Below are positions 54,089 through 64,000 of a stretch of 64,000 nt of DNA, piece by piece. This DNA is from Trichoplax adhaerens. Its lineage: Eukaryota; Animalia; Placozoa. The notes under the pieces were generated by a model that worked only from the letters and a program-made list of their open reading frames with translations, had not been told where the DNA came from and did no database searches. The position numbers and the translations under genes are program-made. How positions within the stretch are numbered: the stretch's first letter is position 1; each line of letters begins with the position of its first letter. The stretch is from assembly GCF_000150275.1 (NCBI RefSeq), contig NW_002060944.1:4840123-4904122 (forward strand), in the 5' to 3' direction.

Positions 54089-55882
54089 AGTAGATGATGG
54101 CCGCCTTGACTGGCTAGTTGACGTTTACCATGGACGGACGGAAGAGAGTACGGTGCTCTGGCTGCCCGCAAGGTATACCACTCCAGTATAGCTTGAGTCG
54201 ACTAGTCCTTGCACTAGTACAACTCGATAAGGGGGCCAGAGTAGGACCCCAACCGAACCGCTTCCTGTCCGGTCCACTGTCCAGCGGTAACACGCTTATA
54301 CCGCTATATACTGTCCTATACAAGCGGAGCAAACCATACGGAATGTATACTATCGCGACAACGACGAGGACATCGTATTAACGTAGAAACTCAAGCAGGT
54401 CAACACTGTGTCAATCGCAGTGCAGCGGCTCGAGCTCCAATCGCCTCCAGAAATAATGCTGAAACAGCTCGAGATGGTAGCCATTTCACCATGGCAATAG
54501 GATTAATTAAGAAGCTAAATAGCAGTCTTTCAAGGCTGTTGATACTACTCGTCTAGAAGGAGCTTTAAACCATCCTAGTTCTCGTCTTGCATGATATGGT
54601 TAGGACGTAAGGGCCATCAACAGGATTCCTCTAGCAACATGGCGACACTTTATACCGTGCAAAAGGGATATCAAAATAGGTCCTTTTTAGCCTTGTATTG
54701 TAGCCATTTCACGATAGCAACAAGACTAATTAAGAAGCTAAATAGCACTGTATATGCTGATGATGTGCTATTCGTCTAGAAGGAGCTTTAAACCATCCTA
54801 GTCCTCGTCTTGCATGATATGGTTAGGACGTAAGGGCCATCAACAGGATTCCTCTAGCAACATGGCGACACTTTATACCATGCAAAAGGGACATCAAAAT
54901 AGGCTCACTTTAGCCTTGTATTGTAGCCATTTCACCATAGCAATAGGATTAATTAAGAAGCTAAATAGCAGTCTTTCAAGGCTGTTGATACTACTCGTCT
55001 AGAAGGAGCTTAGGAGCTTTAAACCATCCTAGTTCTCGTCTTGCATGATATGGTTAGGACGTAAGGGCCATCAACAGGATTCCTCCCTCTAGCAACATGC
55101 GACACTTTATACCGTGCAAAAGTGACATCAAAATAGGCTCACTTTAGCCTTGTATTGTAGCCATTTCACCATAGCAATAAGACTAATTAAGAAGCTAAAT
55201 AGCAGTCTTTAAAGGCTGCTGATATACTACTCGTCTAGAAGGAGCTTTAAACCATCCTAGTTCTCGTCTTGCATGATATGGTTAGGACGTAAAGGCCATC
55301 AACAGGATTCCTCTAGCAACATGGTGACACTTTATACCATAGCAAAGGGACATCAAAATAGGCCCACTTTAGCGCTGTATTGTAGACACAACACTAGCCT
55401 ACAGCAGAGTAATAAGATTCAAGAGGAAAAGTGAATCATTTCTATCCTTTCTAGTGCTGACGATTGGTTAATTGACTTCAAATTCAGCAAGGACAAGTTG
55501 TAAATAGCGCCATCTTGGAAGGGATCGACTTTCGATCATTTTAGCCCATTCGACCATAGTAATTAGTGATGGCTGACGCCAGTTACAGTACTTAGCCTAT
55601 TTCTCTATCATCTAGAGTTAGCAACCCTAACAATACTATAAGACCTGGTGTAAAGCCGTATTGATCCATAACAGTAGCATCATTCGTATCGTATTTGGAT
55701 ACGGTTACAGTAGTAGTACTGTATTTATACTCAATAGTTTCGGGTTCAATGCGGCACAGACTTCTAACGGACTGCTATTAGTATAAGCCATTCACTACTG
55801 TCTGAGTAAGAAGACTGAAGTTGTTGACAGTTTTCAAGAGTCCAGCACGGTGACCACCGCCCTCAAAGACGGCCATCTTGCT
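54089..55882 (+). ncRNA. Candidate large structured non-coding RNA of unknown family
   Basis: GC-raised intergenic island with dense nested inverted repeats, mostly G-T (not A-C) mismatches on the plus strand, and a closing helix 54089-54109/55863-55882. No expression evidence is available. Confidence 0.45.
54478..55385 (+). repeat. 4 x ~223 bp tandem repeat
   Basis: Units start with tagccatttcac at 54478, 54701, 54924 and 55158; unit 3 is 234 bp because of small internal duplications. Confidence 0.95.
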
Positions 55883-56023
55883 CCACCTTGGACCCGTTTG
55901 CTGCCATTGATTGGCAAGTAATCCATTGCAATGCACACTAATCTTCTTAGATTGCTAGTAAACCTTTAAATAAACAATCGAACTTGGATACAACCTTACC
56001 AATAATAATCTTACAGTATCGCG

Positions 56024-58162
56024 ATGGGCCAATCGAGCAAAGATTGTCATCATCATCGCGGTAGGCCAAGGCAAGAGATGCAAACATCCAGCAAGAACAA
56101 GCAATTAGCTGGATTAATGCTCCACGATGCAATCGCTGGAGGATTTGCTGGATTAATAACACGCTTTCTTACTTCACCGCTTGATGTCATCAAGATTAGG
56201 TTTCAATTGCAGCTTGAATCAACCTTTAAGGTAAGCCAATGGTGGATAACGAGCTATGCATGCTTTAGTTGTCAACACTCATAGCCTAGTAGCAAGCTAA
56301 CTGAACTTTCAACTTGATCAATCATCTCCCAATGCTAGACACAAAAACAAAATTCAAAGTACTTTGGAATCTATCAATCCATGATAAAAATTATTTCGGA
56401 AGAAGGTCTATTAGCATTATGGTAACAATTCTTCTTCATTTCACCCTTCAATTTGAATCTTATCACACCTTCAATGTCTCAGCTTGACCACTATAAATCA
56501 ATTATAGGAAAGGACAAATGGCTGGCCAACTCTTGTCCATCACCTATGGAGGCGTGCAAGTAGGTTATCTGCTATTTTATGACATAAATATTATTTTAAA
56601 GTGATCGAATCATACTGCTCTTGGTGCCTAGTACAACTGTATATTAAAGCTTACTACTTTGTGGATTTATAAATAGTACCCTGGCAAATCAGATATAAAA
56701 TAAACTAAGAGTATACGAGTACAGTAATTGAATAATGATCGCGTCGTCATGATAACTACTCTTTTCTTCAAGCTAATACCTTTCATTTTATGATTTACAG
56801 TTCATGTCATATAATTTCAGTAAAAAAGTCATCTATGAACTACATCAGCAAAATATAATTTCTCCATTACAACCTAACGGTAACTACCATCAACAGTCAC
56901 ACTCTTGTCTCTACTGTAGAAGTGCACATTATTAGTACACATGAATTAACTGCCATCATTCATTTCAGTCGTCAGCTTCGTTTGTGGCAGCATAGCTGGC
57001 CTTACTGCTTCAACAGTAGCTCACCCTCTGGATGTCTTGCGTACAAGATTTGTCGCTCAAGGCGAACCTAAGGTAGTTGTAATTCTTTGCAAGTTGCAAT
57101 ACTAACCTTTCAATAACCATCAAAGTGTTTGTAATTTATAATAATACTATCTTATTTTATGCTATTAGTATTATATTAGCTATAAACACGCCTTAGCTAA
57201 GATGGGCAAAGATGAAGGGATAAGATCATTTTATAAAGGTAAAATTTATGCTACAGTTTATCCGATTGAACATTCTCGGAGAAGATATTTCAATATTCAG
57301 TAAAATGAATTAAACGACCATCCATAGGTTTATCACCAACATTACTATGCATAGTACCTCAGACTGGTCTGCAATTCGCGTTTTACGAATTTTTTATCCG
57401 AGAACTGAGAAGGTACTCAGTGGCTACAAGTAATGGAAAAGGGGTAAAATTGGTCACATGTTATTCATGTTTCAAGAAGACATTAACTTGTGTGTCCCTA
57501 CTAGTGCATTAGCAAAGGATCGATATTTTTCAATCTTATCTTTGTAACTTTGTAGAATTTAAACAAAAATGGCGTCGATATAACTGTAAGTGGAGGCGCT
57601 GCCGGAATTTTTAGTAAAAGCATCATCTATCCACTTGATGTGGCTAAAAAACGATTAGAGGTATGGATCATATCGCATATACCTGCTTTTTCCAATTGGT
57701 TATCAAATCTGCATTTATTATAGTGCATAGTATTTTGATTGCTAGACATATTACAACTTATATAACTATGTTAATTGCAAGATACCGGCTTTATATCAAT
57801 CATATCTTTTTCTCTTTAGGTAAATGGCTTTGTAAAGCCCCGAGAAAAATTTGGTCAAGTAGATAAATACAATAGTCTTAAAGACTGTTTTCTGAAAATA
57901 TGGTCCACTGAAGGCCTAGCTGGCTTTTATAAAGGACTCTCTCCTAGCCTTGTTAAGGTGAATTGACACATGAATGAATGCAATACAATCGCACATATCT
58001 AGTGCTATGTAAAACTTAACCACATTAGCTATAGCTAGGATATCCTAGATTCTAAATTAATGACTTTTAATTTCATTATAGGCAGCATTATCCTCCTCAC
58101 TGATGTTTTTCTTGTACGAAAAGAGTATTTATTATCTTAACAGAACACGAAAAGATAGCTGA
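56024..58162 (+). CDS. SLC25A19: Mitochondrial thiamine pyrophosphate carrier (SLC25A19-like), ~10 exons; start could instead be the ATG at 56078
   Basis: Three carrier motifs [30 protein letters not shown] and [12 protein letters not shown]; also [10 protein letters not shown]...[12 protein letters not shown] and [25 protein letters not shown]; stop TGA at 58162. Confidence 0.9.
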
Positions 58163-61100
58163 TGCATGCAAAGTGTCGGATACGATAGCAACAATTACTT
58201 TTAAAGTCAGATTCACCATATCCAAAGCCAGATCCTTGACAAAATATGACAGTCACAGAAAGCTATATTCTTATTTAAATGACGAGTACCTACATGATGA
58301 TTTGCGGAAATCTACCTATAGATACTAGATACATTCTTTACACGTAATTTAAAGCTACCAAAAACCCCTCAATGTAAAGATACTGCATAATACATAGTAC
58401 CATTACTGTAGACACATTTTTTCTAGCGGTATCTGCATTATTTTTTAAAATGACTTTATCATTTTTTTACTTAAGAACCTAATAATATAATTTTTAGCTT
58501 TGATGTAGAACTCTCAAAAATTCTTTATGCAAAATACTATATAACATACAGATATAGATACAATTGTATTAGGATATTTTATTTAGTAGTGATTATAGTC
58601 TTGTTTTAATGACGCACACTTAGCTGTTTATGCGCATAGATATACTTACAACTGTATTTCTTACTCGTGATATAAAATCTCTTAGAAAGGCTCTATGCAA
58701 AGATACTACATAGCAGATACCGTTATATATAAATATTTTTACGTAGTAGTTCTTACATTCTTATTTATTAACAAACGTTGAGCCGTTTATACGTAATATT
58801 TACTAGAGTTGTTTGGATGCTCTCTACAAAAATATTACTACTCTGATTTATATGTCTTCCTATGCTAGAGACTTCTCCTATCAATAGCGCATTCAAGTGT
58901 ATTTGACTTTATTATCAATTTACTAAACTTCAGTTTATTTCATCTATTGTACAGCTGTACAGCCGATATCTGCGGTAACCAACAATTTATTAAAATTATT
59001 TTCATGTAATACAGTTCAGCAGAGATAATATCATCATTTTTCGACTACATCTTTATACTCGTATAACTACCATAGAGTCAGACAAAAAAATTAATATTTC
59101 TTTATGATTCGAGCTAAGTGGTTCTAGATGTGTAGCAACTTGCTTGTTATTCGTACACTTTTAAATATTGAGTAAACCAAGATAAGTATTTTAACTCTAG
59201 CATTTATAACACCTCTAGGAAGCACCATGTAACAAATAGATTATAATAGTACTCCAGCAGTGAAAAATTCTTTCTGATTGTGTATGTCTACATTTTTCAC
59301 CGTACTGAGTAAACATCCGCAATGCCCTTATAACACGTACAGTTTTCGCAGGTTAGCATTCTAAATTATAATCTAGATACTATCGGAATGGCTAATCCAT
59401 GGTAAAGAAAATGAAATCTTCCTTTCATTCCTTTATTGTTACACAACGGTATATACTTTACTACTTCGCTTATAAAATAAAATGTATCTATAGTAATCGA
59501 TGACGGTAACATAAAACTCGCTTACTAATGTACGTCGATATTTCTATCTGAATAATATATTCGAAGCAAGAAGATACCGTAGCTTATATAATTAGTAACT
59601 TTTCGTGTAATTTCATCACTTAATAGTCAATATATGGCTAATCCATGTTGAAAAGTAACATTTCTTAATCCATTAACTGATATCGTACGGTATTGTTCAA
59701 ACTAATCCAGATATAGAAAAAGCACATCGACAACAACAAAGTAAAACTCTATGGTTAATCTTCGTATATGTTTACAATGACGTAGTGATATTTATAACTA
59801 GTATACCAGATAGAATAATCGCATACAATCAATCTTATTGCTGGTGAAAAAAGTATCAATCAATGAACAATATCACTACCGTTCCATTTAAGAACCACAA
59901 GTATACAAGGGTGATCTTTTGTTGCAAATCCAAAAAATTGCCATTACTCCCAAACAGTACTACTGTATTGAATGACAACATCACTTCTATCTGCAAGATA
60001 GATAGCCGCATCCTCTTCAAAAGTTACGTGTATTTGTTTTAGCGGCGAAGTTAAAATCAAATTAACGCCCATACAATAACACAAGAAATGCCAAAATTAT
60101 TCTTCAGCTTTTTTTCTTGAAAAGGTACAAAAGAAATAGCTCATCCATTATGCTAAAATTAAATTCATTACCGATACAATAGCATTCAATAGTTGAAAAG
60201 AAGCGAACTGACCTTCAAGAGTATAATTTATTATGATGTTGATCATCTTTTGTTGGTGTTTGTAACTGCTGACGATAATCTATATTATTTCTCATTGGTT
60301 TAGAGAGTAACAACCTGGAGTTTAGTTTCATGCCACTGTAGCCATACCTATAAATAATTAAAGTCTTCATTTTAGCATTAAATTAATATTTTCAGTAACT
60401 TGCAAGCAATGTTGACATAATATTTTGCCATATTCATAAATATTGACATACTTTACTAACAGCTAGAGAATGCATCCAGTGAATAGATTAAGTACGCAAC
60501 TTATGGCAAATGATGGCGAATTCTAACGCTATTAGAACATCAATGTCTCAATCGAGAATTTTTAAAAATAGTAAATACTACTAGGACTCTACAATGTTAT
60601 ACAACGTTTACTTTAATTTACTAATTTCGTATTCTGATTAACGCTATACCGGGTACAAAAAGGAGATTAAAAAAACAGTAGTAGATCAGAACTACATAGA
60701 AGAAGGAGTTGAGTAAAGTTTATCGTGTGCATTTTTTCAGACTGTACACGGATAAAACCTTTAAATATAATATGAATCAACAGATGAAATAGTTCAACCG
60801 GATTTGTTCATATTCTTATCAAGAATATTTGGTAAAAATAAGGATAGAAAAAATGTAGAGTTAGCCTACTCCGTGTATGTAGCCCATCTTTCTATACAAT
60901 TTTATCCATAACCAATATTTATTGTTGCCAATGAAGTCATGGATTTAAACAAATACGATATCAATAGTAACATGATATTCTAGAAGCGAACAACTATTAT
61001 ATTGTTTATGGAGTTGAATCATTATTCTTGCTAAAATTTCGAAAGGCTATCACTAAAAAATAGCATTCAATCTATAATACAAAAATTATACAGTCTAATA

Positions 61101-61894
61101 ACAATTCTATAGAAATAAAGGATCAAAATAATGTCTTAGAATTGATCATTATTCTAGTTAAATTACAAATGATGATAGTGAATAAACAAGCTCATCTTGA
61201 TTAAGGATCATCAGCTTGATAAAAATATGCCTACCGGCTTAACGAATTAATTTAACTATAAATTGAAAGATTCTCGTGATGCAGTAAGATTGCATTCTTG
61301 ATAGACTACTTCGCTTGGAGAATACTGATTCTATGAGATATTCTTTACTTTTAATCAACAAGTTTAGCACTTGTTTCAAGACTACGGATCTTGTAATTAA
61401 TAATTAATAATATATTATGCTGACAAAATACTCTATCATTTGGAAATTTTACCTAAGCATAATTTTAAAAGACTCCCCTATAAAAATATTATTGTAACCT
61501 ATTTTAATCTAGCCAATACTAATTGCATATGGAAATTCTCTCTGGCTTTGATCAGTTCGCCACGGCTTTAAAGAAAGCTATCGTAAAAAACACAATTATC
61601 GATTCAAAAAATTATCCGCTATGACTATTGATAGTAACCCAACAGCGACAATATCAATCCATTACGAAAGCCGGTACTAATTTAAGGAGTTCATTAAATC
61701 GTTTAGTTCCTCTATTTCTGCTTTAACCTAATAACTTCCGTCCTACTCTAAGAAACGATCATTCCCAGGATCAGAGCTGATCTTTTACTTAGAATTAGTC
61801 CATTATCAATGCTATATTTTTCTACTATGGCCTATGCAAGGAATTCATTTCCTTTCTCTCACTCTCCCTGTATCTCTTTCAATCAACAATTTTT

Positions 61895-62580
61895 TTTTAA
61901 AGTGGACGTAGAAAATAAAGCTACTATTCATCTATCCCTACACTATAAAATACTCAATTAAAAAATCTTCTTTCCTTTAACATTGTAAGAATAATAAATC
62001 GTTTTCACATTGTCAATCGCCATCCTTTATCTAACATTAATCCAGTATAGTAGTAATCTCTCATCGATTTTGAAAAAGTCAACGTAGAAATGAAATTCCT
62101 ATTTGTTATCCCTACGGTATAAAATACTTCAATCGAATAACCCCTTCCATTTGCAATGTAAGAATAATTAATTATTTCCACACTGTCAAGCATCATCCTT
62201 ACCTACTATTAATCCAGCACAGTTTTGATTTATATCTCTTATCAAAGACTTTAAAAGTCAACGTATAAAATGAAATTCCTACTCGTCTATCCCTACGTTA
62301 CAAAATACTTTCATCCAATAACTCCCTTCTATTTACAAGGTGAGAATAATAAATCATGTGCACCATGTCCAGCGTCATCCTTTACCTAGCAGTAACCCCA
62401 GTATAGTTGTAATCTGCCAATCCAAGATTTTGGAAAAGTCAACGTAGAAAATGAAATTCCTATTTATCTATTCCTACGGTATAACATACTTTAATCGAAT
62501 AATCGCCTTCCAATTACAATACTAGACTAATAAATCCTTTCCAACATGTCAAGTGTCATCCTACAACTAGCTTTAATCTA
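61895..62580. repeat. Degenerate ~180-bp tandem repeat, about 4 copies
   Basis: aaaagtcaacgtagaaatgaaattccta...tatccctacggtat...aataat...catcct blocks at ~61898, 62073, 62253, 62434. Confidence 0.8.
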
Positions 62581-63086
62581 CCATGGTTATTCTCTTGTTG
62601 CTCAAGAAGAGAAGATTGTACCTAGAAAGGAAATACAAATCAAACTTTATTTGCCCGCAGCTGATCTACTATCTATTGTTATAAAGCAAAATAAGATGTA
62701 GATCATCAACTATGTTATATTGTCATATTATTCAAACTATTGTACTCTTCTAGCGTCATAACTAGGTTTAATTTGTTATAGGGTAATGGAAGAATTTTCT
62801 TTGACAAACTAATAATTAATCAAGCAGCAACTTCATTAATATTCAGTGACGTGATACGCTCATTATCCTTAGTTTTTTTTTTATGGAAACAATTTCATGC
62901 CTTTACTATGACAAGATGATGTACTGTATTAGCCATCTACCTCTCCACAGTGTTGAACTCTCATCTTACTATATTAGTTGTAGACGCGTTGGTATGTCGT
63001 CGTTACTGAGTTATACAATCGATCGAGATCATTTATATCAAGCTTGATTATTATTATTCTAACATTGGATATAAATTGACTTTTTC

Positions 63087-63596
63087 ATGGAAACCACCTT
63101 GGAAAAAGAGATTGATCTACAAGAATCGCCAGCAGGTCCACGTGAACGATTGAAAAAAAGAATTTCCAATCGATCATTGCCTCATGTACCAGCGGGAAGC
63201 AATGGCAATCAACGACCAGCAACGCGAAAATTGCCTTCAGCTCCATCGCCTATTACCACGGCTGGCAATGATCAAAATCCATTATCTGGTAAAATTCGTG
63301 TTATACCTATTGAGGCACAATTGAAGCAATTAGAAGCAGCAAGACGTCGTTCATTGCCGATGACAGCGGGTAATAAGCAAGAGATTTTAGTTCAATTGGA
63401 AGCTCGAGATCGAGCCGAAAGTTTCAAAGATAGAATGGTTGATCCATCATCTTCTTTACCTTACCATTTTCAACATGAAACTTACTACGATGTCGAAAGC
63501 CATCAAAAAGGCACGCAAACGCTTATTATTGATGCATTCGATGAAGTACGAGTACCATGGACTATCGTCGCTAGATTTAAACCAACTTCTCCTGGG
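63087..63596 (+). CDS. Probable first coding exon of an unknown gene, possibly running into an SH3 domain
   Basis: 170-codon ORF with raised GC and a disordered Pro/Arg-rich N-terminus (RSLPHVP, RKLPSAP); it ends WTIVARFKPTSPG at a G|GTAAT donor, which looks like the start of an SH3 domain. Confidence 0.6.
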
Positions 63597-64000
63597 TAAT
63601 AATGATCTATTGACTAGACATTGATTGAAATTTGAAGTAAAAACTTTAGAAAATACAACAAATTTATTGTCTACTATCTCTCTAATCAATCTCGATAGGA
63701 TCAATTAAATACAACTTATTGTAGAGTGTCCATAGATAGATGGAATCCTATCTACTATGATATAATATCTTCCGTAGTTTAAATAAAGGTAGAGCTTGTT
63801 TATAGATAAGCGCTTGATAGACATCGATCTTGATTAATTATGAGCGATATAAATGGCAAAAATGCCATCTTGCAGCTAAGCATAACGAATAATAGAGCAA
63901 TCCATCGTTTTACAGCGCAGATTGCTTTTTCGCCTCATTTTTTCTGCTCCCTACACACAATACAATTTATTCCATAACTATTTCTACTGGATCTTTTATT

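Noticed and set aside
54386-54410. GAAAC..AGCAGGTCAACACT resembling SRP RNA helix 8
   Set aside because: The upstream CAGG strand and the Alu domain are missing.
54570-54900. Hammerhead or HDV-like ribozyme (retrozyme) in the 223-bp repeats
   Set aside because: CTGATGA occurs in one unit only, with no matching GAAA core; the TCCTCGT loop lacks a proper P1 and P1.1 GG.
54114-55002. Short ORFs of 62-87 aa in the structured island and repeats
   Set aside because: No recognisable motifs; the repeat ORF is frameshifted in unit 3; explained by higher GC and repetition.
54478-55385. CRISPR array
   Set aside because: Eukaryotic context, 223-bp units, no unique spacers between short repeats, no cas genes.
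55623-55631. AACCCTAAC as a telomerase RNA template
   Set aside because: It sits partly in a local hairpin, and I see no U-rich/A-rich pseudoknot, P6.1 or downstream H/ACA domain; a 9-mer can occur by chance.

Overview
AT-rich (~30% GC by eye), intron-containing eukaryotic DNA with short GT-AG introns, consistent with a basal metazoan such as the placozoan Trichoplax (organism is an inference). Genes: the 5' part of a TTLL11-like tubulin polyglutamylase (-), an intronless rhodopsin-class GPCR (-), a CLIP4-like ankyrin/3xCAP-Gly gene (+) whose linker is built from two arrays of tandemly duplicated phase-0 mini-exons, ZER1 (-), SLC25A19 (+), and the first coding exon of an unknown, possibly SH3-containing gene (+). 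The ~7-33 kb stretch has no intact long ORF but holds solo LTRs and decayed gene remnants. Across the window there are five solo LTRs with 5-bp TSDs, one probable solo LTR and one fragment. Most notable: (1) a ~1.8-kb GC-raised island between the divergent ZER1 and SLC25A19 genes that folds by eye into nested helices with plus-strand G-U bias, a long-range closing helix and four internal 223-bp repeats, a candidate undescribed large structured RNA; (2) the CLIP4 cassette-exon arrays; (3) solo LTRs sharing a terminal stem-loop. All folding and exon calls were made by eye.
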